Virus record (IMG/VR): IMGVR_UViG_3300045988_146822
Coordinates: 1 to 51,263 of that record
DNA length: 51,263 bases
Reading direction: 5' to 3' (one strand)
DNA from: a virus
This document shows, one piece after another, positions 8,248-16,792 of the stretch (the first letter of the stretch is position 1; each line of letters opens with the position of its first letter). The translations under genes and the position numbers were made by a program. The notes below the pieces were generated by a model, which made no database searches, was not told the DNA's origin, and saw only the letters and a program-made list of their open reading frames with translations.

Positions 8248-8798
8248 TAAAAGCTACCCGGTGTCCAGTTATTCGGCATCGCAGTATTTGGCGTTGCAGG
8301 CTGTGTGTTATACTGTGGCGGATATGTAGGCTGTACATACTGCTGAGGTGCAGGCTGTGCTACGGCAGGAGATACAGTTGTCACCTGCTCATCGTAGGCA
8401 TAAAAATACTTGATGTCATTTGTTACGCCCTCTGTACCGTCATTCTTGACATATTTGCGTATGATAACCTGACATTTACCTTTCTTGCCGATAATGCCTG
8501 TCCAGTCCATACGGAGCGGTTCGCCGTGCTTTTTCATTGACACGGACAAAAAGAGCTGTGACAGCTTCCATTCAAGCGAGGAGTGCAGTACGAAATTAAC
8601 TGTAATTTCTCGCTTGTCATCTGCTCCCCACACATCAAAAGTCACCTTTGCCATATTGCACGGCGGCAGTTTGCCTTTACCCTGTGAGCGAGCACGCTCA
8701 ACCTTTGCTACTGTAAAATCATAATCACCCTCGGGGAGCGGTTCATAATTTCCGCCCTCTTCGGTTATTTCGTCGTTCCAACCAAATTCTCTATCCAT
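8247..8798 (-). CDS. DUF669-like protein (SSB-like partner of Sak4-type recombinases)
   Basis: The N-terminus (EPLPEGDYDFTVAKVE) is typical of DUF669. Q/P-rich C-terminal tail. Sits directly downstream of the AAA_24 gene. Confidence 0.6.
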   Translation of the reverse strand: MDREFGWNDEITEEGGNYEPLPEGDYDFTVAKVERARSQGKGKLPPCNMAKVTFDVWGADDKREITVNFVLHSSLEWKLSQLFLSVSMKKHGEPLRMDWTGIIGKKGKCQVIIRKYVKNDGTEGVTNDIKYFYAYDEQVTTVSPAVAQPAPQQYVQPTYPPQYNTQPATPNTAMPNNWTPGSF

Positions 8799-8818
8799 TT
8801 ATACATCTTCCTTTCTTA

Positions 8819-9916
8819 TTAAAACGGTAAGTCACGGTTGCTCTGTATCACTTCAAACACCTTATTCCACGCTCCCACAAGGCAACCGTTAATAAATCGT
8901 GGGTCATAGTTTGTAATCGGTGTATCGTAAGGGTAGTGTCCCTGTGTAAACACCGCCTGTCTGATTTCGCTTTCATCAACACCGTTAGCTCTCATAAGGT
9001 CGGCAAGAGCTTTTGGTATGCCCTCGGGAATATTGACAGATTTATCATTCTGTGGCATAGGTGCAGGTGGTACAGATTCGGGAGTTTTTTCAATTTGCGT
9101 AGGTTGTGGTACAGGCTGTGTCGCAGGCTCTGCCTTAGGCGGCTGAGGTATCGGATTCTGTGGAACAGGAGCGTTATTTACAGGTGCAACATCATTAAAA
9201 ATATGGGCAATGCCTGCATAGCTAAAGTCCATTTCTTCGGGCAGTCCGTGACGGTTCTTTGCGTCCCAACAAGGGTGATGAAGCGTGTACATCACTCTCC
9301 CTCCGCCCTGCGCTTTGTACTTTCTGCCGTCTTTGTCGGTCGCTACCGCTACTGTTTTATAATTTGCGAAAAGCACCATATCTGCCCATTCTTTTACAAG
9401 CGGAGAAATCTGTGAAGCAGTCTTTTTGCCGAGTTTAAGCTCCCAACGGTCATATTCACCGATTTCATCAGGCTGTGAAAACTTGCGGAGCTGTGCGTGT
9501 GCGGTAAGCACAACATTTATACCCCTGTCAATCAAATCTTCAAGGCTGTTCAAGAATCTGCCGAACTCCTCTTTTTCGTAAACATATCCGTTTCCGTAAC
9601 CGAAATCTTCAATACCTTTTTTGCCGTACTTTGAGCAAATATCATCAATACAAAGCTGTTCTGCCCAGTCGATTGTATCAATAACAACCGTCTTGCATAC
9701 AGTCGGATTGCTTTTGATATATTCAAGCTGACTCTTTAGCATGGTCCACGATGTCGGCTTATCCATTCTTGCAACATCAAGGTTTTTTGTGCTGCCCTCC
9801 GTGTCGATAAACAGAGGATTCGGAAACTGTGAAGCAAATGTTGATTTGCCGATACCCTCAGGGCCGTAAATTACAACTTTTTGCGCTGACTTGATTTTAC
9901 CTCTTGTGATGTTCAT
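8819..9916 (-). CDS. AAA_24 / Sak4-like RecA-type ATPase with P-rich linker and C-terminal extension
   Basis: KVVIYGPEGIGKSTFASQFPNPLFIDTEGST is the characteristic AAA_24 N-terminus. 365 aa. Confidence 0.75.
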   Translation of the reverse strand: MNITRGKIKSAQKVVIYGPEGIGKSTFASQFPNPLFIDTEGSTKNLDVARMDKPTSWTMLKSQLEYIKSNPTVCKTVVIDTIDWAEQLCIDDICSKYGKKGIEDFGYGNGYVYEKEEFGRFLNSLEDLIDRGINVVLTAHAQLRKFSQPDEIGEYDRWELKLGKKTASQISPLVKEWADMVLFANYKTVAVATDKDGRKYKAQGGGRVMYTLHHPCWDAKNRHGLPEEMDFSYAGIAHIFNDVAPVNNAPVPQNPIPQPPKAEPATQPVPQPTQIEKTPESVPPAPMPQNDKSVNIPEGIPKALADLMRANGVDESEIRQAVFTQGHYPYDTPITNYDPRFINGCLVGAWNKVFEVIQSNRDLPF

Positions 9917-10171
9917 TTATCTCACCCCCTGTACATCTGAAAAATTGATTTTATTGCCGTCAACATCAATGACAACATAGTCGATTGCGTAGTTGAGCAG
10001 TTCGTTTGTCAAATCCTGTATTGACTTGCCTGTCATACCTGCAATCAAAACAATTCTTGAATAGTTTTCAGGCATAATCTTGACCTTGGTATAACCGCAG
10101 GCAAGCTCTCTGTGCGGATTGCATTTGATTACACATTCATTTGTTTTTGCTGTTGTTTTAGCTGTAGTCAT
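9917..10171 (-). CDS. Hypothetical protein
   Basis: Start set at the ATG at 10171, with GAAGGAGAG 8 nt upstream. 84 aa. Confidence 0.45.
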   Translation of the reverse strand: MTTAKTTAKTNECVIKCNPHRELACGYTKVKIMPENYSRIVLIAGMTGKSIQDLTNELLNYAIDYVVIDVDGNKINFSDVQGVR

Positions 10172-10173
10172 AA

Positions 10174-11463
10174 TTAAAACTCTCCTTCTGTCCAAGTCGG
10201 TGTTGTAACAGGTACGGTTGTTTCGGACTTAATATAACCGTCCTCAATGATGATTGAACATTCATCACCGTTTGAAACTCTTGTTGCAATAGCCTGCAAT
10301 CCCTCTGATTCAAGCCATTTTGCAAAGTCTTTGAGTGTGTCGGTATCCATTTGTTCGAGCTTGTCAAGCAAGACAAATCCGCATTCAGGATTGAGCTTGC
10401 GAACAATTGCCGTAGCGACACGAAGCTGTTCCGAACCGCTCATGTTGTCCCACTTAAAACCGTTATATGTAAGCTCGCCCTTTTCAACCGATAAGCCGTC
10501 AAGAGGCAAATTTGCGTTATTGAGCAAGTCATATTTTGTTTTGCGGATTTCTTCAAGCTGTGCCGTCATATCGGCGTACTTGCCGTAATATTCCTTTGCG
10601 TCCTCATCAGCTTTCGCTTTATCGAGGTTGGCTCTGACTTTGCGGTTAATTTCATCAATCTCGGTAATGTTTCTTTCAAGCTCTGCCGTGCTTTCATCGT
10701 GCAGTTCGGCAACGGTCTTTCTGCTCTGTTCAAGCTGTGCAAGCACTTTTGTAAGTTCGGAATTGTATTTTCTCAAATCCTCGTTAAGCCTGTTGATTTT
10801 GCTCTGCAAATTGTTGGCACGGCTTTCAAGGTTATCTTTTTCTGCTCTCAAGCGGTTATTTTCACCGTTGCGTGCAAGAATTTCCTGCTGTTTATTGATA
10901 AGTTCAGAGGCTGATACAGGTTCGTTCGGCACGCCTTCGTATTCGGGCATTTCGGCGGCAAACTTTTTCTTTTGGTCTGCAATCTGACCGATAGCACGGC
11001 GCTCGTTATACACCTGTGTTTCCTGCGTTTCAAGCTCGTAAACTCTGTTGCCTACACCGATAATCTGCAGGAGCGTGTCAGCCTTTTCCTTGCCGGTTGC
11101 ATTCATAAATTTCGGCAGGTCAAGAGCAAAGTTACTGACAAATGCGTCAAGCAAAGCCTGTCCGCCTTTGTTGCCTGCGGTGTCAATTACTTTAAGACTG
11201 CTGTTCTTACCGCTACGCTCCACAACAATACCGTTTGAGAGCTTGATTTTGAGGTGTGGCGGAATTGTTGAACCCTCACGGTACGGAGCAGACGGAGCGA
11301 AACGATTACCGCCGAGAGCCCACGCAATTGCGTCAAGAACAGATGTCTTGCCCTGTCCGTTTTTACCGCCCAACACGGTAAGTCCGTTTTCGGTCGGTTC
11401 ATAAGCAACCGCCTTTACTCTTTTTACATTTTCGATTTCAAAAGCTGATATTTTTACTGACAT
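10174..11463 (-). CDS. SMC/SbcC/RecN-like ABC-type ATPase with central coiled coil
   Basis: Start at 11463 with AAGGAGG upstream. Walker A is GGKNGQGKTS, followed by a long coiled coil. C-terminal signature/Walker B region reads MSGSEQL...FVLLDKLEQMD. Confidence 0.7.
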   Translation of the reverse strand: MSVKISAFEIENVKRVKAVAYEPTENGLTVLGGKNGQGKTSVLDAIAWALGGNRFAPSAPYREGSTIPPHLKIKLSNGIVVERSGKNSSLKVIDTAGNKGGQALLDAFVSNFALDLPKFMNATGKEKADTLLQIIGVGNRVYELETQETQVYNERRAIGQIADQKKKFAAEMPEYEGVPNEPVSASELINKQQEILARNGENNRLRAEKDNLESRANNLQSKINRLNEDLRKYNSELTKVLAQLEQSRKTVAELHDESTAELERNITEIDEINRKVRANLDKAKADEDAKEYYGKYADMTAQLEEIRKTKYDLLNNANLPLDGLSVEKGELTYNGFKWDNMSGSEQLRVATAIVRKLNPECGFVLLDKLEQMDTDTLKDFAKWLESEGLQAIATRVSNGDECSIIIEDGYIKSETTVPVTTPTWTEGEF

Positions 11464-11549
11464 ATTAAAGTCCTCCTTGACAATTCGCTTAAAATTGTCT
11501 ATCATTTAATTAAGGTATTTTTCTTTGTCCGTTGAGGCTTTGCAGAGCT

Positions 11550-12740
11550 TCAGCGGATTTTTTCTTTTTTTCTTTGAAGTATTGCATATTTTTTTCGTGC
11601 TTGATATAGGCGAGCTGACCTGCAATCGCTACAAAAGTCAGCGCTTTTTCGTTCAAAAAAATCTTTTCCGCAACGCTTACAATGTTGTACGGGTATTCTT
11701 TTAAACGATGTGCAACTGTCGCAATCTTTTTCGCATGCAATACAGCCTTTGATATTGCTCCAATTCAAGCACATATCCTTTTGCCAATATTCACTGTATT
11801 CCTCATCAACATTTGAGTTCGTTTTTGCAACACAAAGTAAATCTCCTGCGATGATTGATAACAATAGATTAGCTTTGTTTTTTTCTTTGTCCGACATAAG
11901 TCGCTTGTATTTTAACGGCTTGTCAGGCGTTCCGTCTCCAAAGTTTCCGTTGCCTATATAATTTCGTACTTTGTCAAGATTTTCCGTGAGATACTTATCA
12001 AATACACGTCCTCTGATAGCTTTAACTGATCGACCGATTCTGTCGGATATTTCTTCATATTTGCTTCCGCATTTAATCATTTCACCAAGTAAAGTGTATT
12101 CAGATTCAGCCCATTTTTGATGGTTATCAGCTTTTACAGGACGGTATTTGATGTTTAGGTCATTAATTCTGCGCTGTATGGCTCCTTCGCTACGGCACAA
12201 TATTTGTGACAGTTCTTTGTAACCATACTTTTGCTTTATAAGCAATTCTTTGAGAAGGTTATCTTCTCTGCTTGTCCATGGAGTTGCTTTGATAAAACTG
12301 TTCCTTAATATGTCTGCCTCTCGTTTTGGATTTACCCAATCGGGTTCAGGGCCCAATTGATATCTTTCAAGTTTCGAAAAATCTAAAAAATATTGATTTT
12401 TCTCTGCCCAAATCCAAAATTCATCTATGTAAACAACAATAAAATTTGTTTTTGAACTTCTTGATATGTTGTGAGTAGGCAGATTCCTATTTTTTACCCA
12501 CGATGTTTTTAAATAAGTGGCAGAAGTGTTTGGACGAATGAGTTTATAAAGATTGCTTATTGTGATGTATCTATAGCCATTACTCAAGAAAGGTCCTAAG
12601 TTTAACTTACCGGCTTTTAGCCTTATTGCACATTCGGATCTATCAAGGTGTTTTGTTATAGTAACCATATTAACGTTGCCCCAAGCAGAAATAAGATAAT
12701 CTATTTCATCGACCGTCCATGTTTTATTTAACCTCGACAT
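11550..12740 (-). CDS. Triple Myb/SANT-like HTH repeat protein with Cys-rich C-terminus
   Basis: Three W-x-E-x-L repeats: WTVDEIDYLISAWG, WTSREDNLLKELL...GAIQRRINDLN and WAESEYTLLGEMI...KAIRGRVF. The C-terminus has CxxC clusters. The start is uncertain (12740 or 12758). Confidence 0.55.
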   Translation of the reverse strand: MSRLNKTWTVDEIDYLISAWGNVNMVTITKHLDRSECAIRLKAGKLNLGPFLSNGYRYITISNLYKLIRPNTSATYLKTSWVKNRNLPTHNISRSSKTNFIVVYIDEFWIWAEKNQYFLDFSKLERYQLGPEPDWVNPKREADILRNSFIKATPWTSREDNLLKELLIKQKYGYKELSQILCRSEGAIQRRINDLNIKYRPVKADNHQKWAESEYTLLGEMIKCGSKYEEISDRIGRSVKAIRGRVFDKYLTENLDKVRNYIGNGNFGDGTPDKPLKYKRLMSDKEKNKANLLLSIIAGDLLCVAKTNSNVDEEYSEYWQKDMCLNWSNIKGCIACEKDCDSCTSFKRIPVQHCKRCGKDFFERKSADFCSDCRSARLYQARKKYAILQRKKEKIR

Positions 12741-12973
12741 TTGCTGACACCCACACATTCAAAACCGAAGGATTCGGATTCAGGCGTTTCAAGGGCTTTG
12801 AGTTTGCGTTTTAGCTCTCTGTTCTCGTGACGAAAACCGCTTGACGCTGTTTTTTCGAGCGCAAGGTCCGTTCTTGCGTTTCTCAGCTCAATGCTGAGAT
12901 GTCTGTTCTCTGCTCTGAGGTTTTCGATATCTTTGAGCAGTTTCCTTTTTGTCGGGTAGTTTCTTAACCACAT
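12728..12973 (-). CDS. Coiled-coil hypothetical protein
   Basis: 81 aa with AAAGGAG 8 nt upstream of the ATG. Confidence 0.5.
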   Translation of the reverse strand: MWLRNYPTKRKLLKDIENLRAENRHLSIELRNARTDLALEKTASSGFRHENRELKRKLKALETPESESFGFECVGVSKCRG

Positions 12974-12975
12974 TG

Positions 12976-13173
12976 TTAATGCTCCTTTATGTATTGTCTG
13001 ATTTCTTCCTTATCAAATCGCCAAAGCTTTCCGATTTTGTGGGCAGGAAGAACGCCCCTTTGTGCAAGCCGTGTTGTGTAATCAACATTAAGTGCAAGCA
13101 ACCGTGCCACATACGGCACATCAATTATCACCGGCACTTCATCCCAATTGATGATAGGTCTTTCTCTCGGCAT
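12976..13173 (-). CDS. Excisionase-family (HTH_17/MerR-like) DNA-binding protein
   Basis: 65 aa. VPYVARLLALNVDYTTRLAQRGVLPAHKIGKLWRFDKEEI is a typical HTH_17. RBS is AGGAGGTG. Confidence 0.65.
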   Translation of the reverse strand: MPRERPIINWDEVPVIIDVPYVARLLALNVDYTTRLAQRGVLPAHKIGKLWRFDKEEIRQYIKEH

Positions 13174-13612
13174 ATGTACACCTCCTATTTTTCGTTGGTA
13201 ATTTTGTCTGAAACGATTTCGACTGATTCAACATCAGCAACGCTTGATTCAGTCTATAAGATTTTTGATTCTTTACCTATAGTAGTAGATTTCAAAAATC
13301 AAATAGAAGCCACAAACAAATCAAATAACGGTAATCAAAAATTTGATTTACAGAAAGGAGTTGCAAAACTTACTCCTGTTGGAAAAGCGTTCATTGATGT
13401 TTGTCTTCGTCCTTTGCCCACTTAATCAGATTCATAATTTGAGCGTCGTGCTTATCAAGGTAGCTGTCTATTGTTTTATACAAATGGGCGGCTACTATTT
13501 TTATTGCTAATACTGCTGAAACAAAAGCTGTGCAAAGCATTAGCAGTCCTAAAATTATTATTACTTCCGTCTTTTCTTCACCTCCTAAGCTGATTTCTGC
13601 TGTTCGGCAAAG

Positions 13613-13846
13613 TTAGTTTCTGATAGTTTCTATGAAACAAGAAGGATTGTTAGTTCTTCCTAATAAGTAATCGGTTGAACAATTAAAAATATCAGCTAAA
13701 CTCAAAAGTATATTAATGGGGATATTACCTTTTGTTTGCCAATTATAATAACTTTTACGTTCAATTTTCAACTTATTAGCAAGGTCTTCTTGTGTCATAT
13801 TAGCTCTTGCTCTTTCGGCTTCAATATTTGGATATAAAAACAGCAC
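13613..13846 (-). CDS. Cro-like XRE-family HTH regulator
   Basis: GTG start at 13846 with AAGGAGGTGA 5 nt upstream. The HTH_3 segment reads MTQEDLANKLKIERKSYYNWQTKGNIPINILLSLADIFNCSTDYLLGRT. Confidence 0.75.
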   Translation of the reverse strand: MLFLYPNIEAERARANMTQEDLANKLKIERKSYYNWQTKGNIPINILLSLADIFNCSTDYLLGRTNNPSCFIETIRN

Positions 13847-13875
13847 CAATCTCACCTCCTTTATCGCATCAAGCA

Positions 13876-13928
13876 AAATACTCTTATTGCGTATTTACAA
13901 GCTAATTATATACGCAATAAGAGTATTT
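13876..13928. promoter_or_regulatory. Operator: perfect 18-bp inverted repeat AAATACTCTTATTGCGTA / TACGCAATAAGAGTATTT separated by 17 bp
   Basis: Arms at 13876..13893 and 13911..13928. Further AGAGTATT half-sites occur at 13961..13968 and 14037..14044. Confidence 0.7.
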
Positions 13929-13933
13929 GTCAA
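13905..13933 (-). promoter_or_regulatory. Leftward early promoter (consensus TTGACA-17-TATAAT) for the cro-like operon
   Basis: The minus strand reads TTGACA aatactcttattgcgta TATAAT. The 17-nt spacer is one operator arm. Confidence 0.7.
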
Positions 13934-14017
13934 TATCTTTTACAAGTAAATTACGCACAAAGAGTATTGCAGATTTTTGTGCAATTACACTAATTGAATA
14001 TTATTTTAATTATTCGC

Positions 14018-14046
14018 TTGACATTTTTACTCATTTAGAGTATTGT
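14018..14046 (+). promoter_or_regulatory. Rightward promoter for the CI-like repressor gene
   Basis: TTGACA-17 nt-TATTGT. The half-site TAGAGTATT overlaps the -10. Confidence 0.55.
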
Positions 14047-14084
14047 ATTTATAACAAATAAATCGTTTTATTGGAGGGAAAAAT

Positions 14085-14774
14085 ATGCTTGGAGAAAAAC
14101 TTAGAGAACTTAGAACAGAACTTAATCTTAATATGAAACAAGCTTCCGAAAAATTAGGGATCTCATACACAACTTACGTTGGCTATGAAAAAAATGAAAG
14201 GGAACCAAACTCTGAAACTTTAATCAAATTAGCTGATTTTTATAAATGTTCTGTCGATTATTTAATAGGAAAAACTATAAGACTAAATTTTATTCCACAT
14301 GAAATCGAAGAAGCTGAAATTAAATGCCCTTTGTGTGATTATGATTATGTCCATTTTATTAGAGTTTTATCGGTAAATTTCTCACAAGAAAAAAGTAGCG
14401 GAATGGCTATGGAATTTTTATGCGAGGATGGGCACAAATTTTATATTGTTGTTGAAACATACAAAGGTAATACATATATGGTAAATGTAGATGACAATAA
14501 CAATATTTTAGGGTACACCTCGTTTATTAATAGTAACTCAGACGACAAAACAAACATTCACAAAGAAAAACTAATTACTAACTATGCGGCATTAAATAAT
14601 TTTGGAAAAAATAAACTTCTCGAATATTCAAATGATTTAATATGTAGTGGTAATTACAATAAAGTTTACAAAATAAAAACTGCCGCCCGAGACGGAAGTT
14701 TTAAGGAAACAACCGTTACAGACGACGATTTTAATAAACTTATGGATTTGCCTGATGTTGATGACTTAAAATAA
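14085..14774 (+). CDS. CI-like repressor: N-terminal XRE HTH plus non-peptidase C-terminal domain with a Zn-ribbon-like motif
   Basis: HTH_3 segment reads LNMKQASEKLGISYTTYVGYEKNEREPNSETLIKLADFYKCSVDYLIGKT, followed by CPLCDYDY...CEDGHKF. Divergent from the cro-like gene. Confidence 0.7.
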   Translation: MLGEKLRELRTELNLNMKQASEKLGISYTTYVGYEKNEREPNSETLIKLADFYKCSVDYLIGKTIRLNFIPHEIEEAEIKCPLCDYDYVHFIRVLSVNFSQEKSSGMAMEFLCEDGHKFYIVVETYKGNTYMVNVDDNNNILGYTSFINSNSDDKTNIHKEKLITNYAALNNFGKNKLLEYSNDLICSGNYNKVYKIKTAARDGSFKETTVTDDDFNKLMDLPDVDDLK

Positions 14775-15309
14775 AGTCTTGAAATTTTTTGTAAACTTCC
14801 CGTTCAAGCGGAGCAATTAAAAACTTGTTCCGCTTGTAGAGCTCCTGCATTCGTTGCCAGCGATATTCCGCTGCAGTTTGACTTATATCACAGAGCTGAG
14901 ATATTTCGTCAGCACTTTTGACCTTTAATCCCCACAACACACAAGCCGGAGCAAGTAGCCTGCTTGCAAATACATTTGCTTCCTGTTCAATGGGATTGTC
15001 ATTTGGCGAGATTTCTCGGTTGATAAGTTCATAGCGGCCAACATGGCCAAGCATAATGTGTCCGAGCTCGTGAGCAACGGTAAAGCGTTTCCGCTGTCGG
15101 TTGCAGTCTTGCCGTACAAGTATGATAGGCTGATTGTTAATGACGGTGCATTTACCGTCATTGCCCTGCTCAAACTTATCATAATACTTTACTGCAATGC
15201 CGAGCTTGTAACACAGTTCAACAATATTAACAGGGAGTTCTCGGACGTTTTCTTTTAACAGGATTTCCCACGACATATTTCGGGACTTCTGATACTTTTT
15301 ATAATCCAT
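14740..15309 (-). CDS. ImmA/IrrE-family zinc metallopeptidase
   Basis: HEXXH motif AHELGHIMLGH. Start at 15309 with GAGGTGA upstream. The 3' end overlaps the CI-like gene convergently by 35 nt. Confidence 0.75.
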   Translation of the reverse strand: MDYKKYQKSRNMSWEILLKENVRELPVNIVELCYKLGIAVKYYDKFEQGNDGKCTVINNQPIILVRQDCNRQRKRFTVAHELGHIMLGHVGRYELINREISPNDNPIEQEANVFASRLLAPACVLWGLKVKSADEISQLCDISQTAAEYRWQRMQELYKRNKFLIAPLEREVYKKFQDFILSHQHQANP

Positions 15310-15543
15310 AAAAATCACCTCGTAACTATTATGGATTACAAAAATAAATTTACAGCAATAAAGCAATAACAAAATAAAAAACCGCCCTGCTCGACTGGTA
15401 CTCGAACAGAGCGGAATCACCTACACAGGGTGCAGATGATACGATTAAAACGCAAAATAATTGTATCACACTCCCCTGAATTTTTCAAGTTTTGAATATC
15501 AGGGGATTTTTGCACCCTTTTTTAAGCAAAAGGAGTGTATAAA

Positions 15544-16713
15544 ATGAAAAAACGCAAAGACGGGCGCTATCAGAAGAACATCTATATCGGACGAGATGAA
15601 AACGGTAAACGAAAGTACAAATCCGTATGTGGCACATCACGAAAAGAGGTTGAAACGCTTGCCGCCGAATTAAAACAAAAACTCGGCAAAGGCATAGATA
15701 TCTCATCAGATGATACATACGGATGTTGGAAAAAACGCTGGCTAACGGTTCAGAGGTCACTGCAAACACCACAGCAATACAAAACGCTTGAACGGTATCT
15801 CAAACATTTTGCAGAGCTTGAACCTTACAAAATCAACAAGCTGACAATTGCCGATTTTCAGGAAATCGTGTTCGACTTAGCCGCTAAGAACCCAACAACA
15901 GGCAAACCCACAGCGAAAAAATCGCTGAAAGAGTTCATCGCAACCGCAAGCCGAGTGTTTGAGTATGCTATTGAAAACCGAGCTATCGACTTCAACCCAC
16001 TGAAATATGTCAAAATATCAAAGAATGCGGCAAAGAAAAAAGAACGCAGAGCCTTGTCACCTGAAGAGCAAAAGCTAATAATCAACACTCCGCACAGAGG
16101 AAGATTGCCGGCAATGATTATGTTGCTTGCAGGACTGCGAAGAGGTGAATGTCTCGGCTTGCAATGGGCGGATATTGACTTGAAACGCAACAAAATAAAT
16201 GTTCATCAGACTTTGGTTCTTGACGGAAACAATTCTTACATAAAAGCAGGAGCGAAAACAGAAGCAGGTGTCCGCAAGGTTGATATTCCGACCGTTCTGT
16301 CAGACTATCTGAAAAGCTTTGCACCCCACTCCCCATTTGATTATGTAGTCACAACCACCAAAGGCAAACTTATGACAAATTCAGCGTGGCGGAGATTGTG
16401 GGAGAGCTACATCAATTGCCTAAACCTCGAAGCATTCAATTCACAGCAAGGCAAAATTGTCGGCATTGCTCCACGCAGTAAATACTGCCCCGACGGTATT
16501 CCGCAGGTCATAGAACCGTTTACAGCTCATTGTCTTAGACACACCCACGCAACAAATCTTTTCTATTCGGGCTATGATATTCTCTACATTCAACACCAGT
16601 TAGGGCATACTAAACCCGAAACCACCTTGAACATTTACACGCATTTAATGCAAGATGATACTGAAGCACCTGCGAAAAAACTTGATGATTTTCTCAATCG
16701 TAAAATAAGCTAA
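15544..16713 (+). CDS. int: Tyrosine recombinase, phage integrase (Int1)
   Basis: C-terminal HCLRHTHATNL...LGHTKPETTLNIYTH carries the R-H-R-Y catalytic signature. ATG at 15544 with GGAG 8 nt upstream. Next to the att core. Confidence 0.9.
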   Translation: MKKRKDGRYQKNIYIGRDENGKRKYKSVCGTSRKEVETLAAELKQKLGKGIDISSDDTYGCWKKRWLTVQRSLQTPQQYKTLERYLKHFAELEPYKINKLTIADFQEIVFDLAAKNPTTGKPTAKKSLKEFIATASRVFEYAIENRAIDFNPLKYVKISKNAAKKKERRALSPEEQKLIINTPHRGRLPAMIMLLAGLRRGECLGLQWADIDLKRNKINVHQTLVLDGNNSYIKAGAKTEAGVRKVDIPTVLSDYLKSFAPHSPFDYVVTTTKGKLMTNSAWRRLWESYINCLNLEAFNSQQGKIVGIAPRSKYCPDGIPQVIEPFTAHCLRHTHATNLFYSGYDILYIQHQLGHTKPETTLNIYTHLMQDDTEAPAKKLDDFLNRKIS

Positions 16714-16718
16714 AAAAT

Positions 16719-16741
16719 AAATGCAAGGCAAATGTTAGGCA
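16719..16741 (+). promoter_or_regulatory. Candidate Int1 arm-type sites AAATGCAAGGCA + AAATGTTAGGCA (left arm of phage attP)
   Basis: The same two 12-mers occur in swapped order at 30495..30517. Confidence 0.6.
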
Positions 16742-16792
16742 ACTGAACTTGAAAAGTCCGATAAACACTAAGTTTTTCACACATTTATTAAG

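Noticed and set aside
10158-10421. 87-aa minus-strand ORF
   Set aside because: It lies out of frame within the SMC-like ATPase gene and overlaps the RBS-supported start of 9917..10171.
11510-11740. 76-aa minus-strand ORF
   Set aside because: It lies in an alternative frame over the 3' end of the Myb-like gene (11550..12740). It has no independent support.
12949-13425. 158-aa plus-strand ORF
   Set aside because: It runs antisense across two well-supported minus-strand genes (12728..12973 and 12976..13173). It has no RBS and a low-complexity translation, so it is likely spurious.
13391-13540. 49-aa ORF with a hydrophobic N-terminus in the cro/HTH_17 gap
   Set aside because: The nearest Shine-Dalgarno sequence (GGAGGTG) is about 38 nt upstream of the ATG, and there is no alternative start at proper spacing. 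It may be real but cannot be supported from sequence alone.
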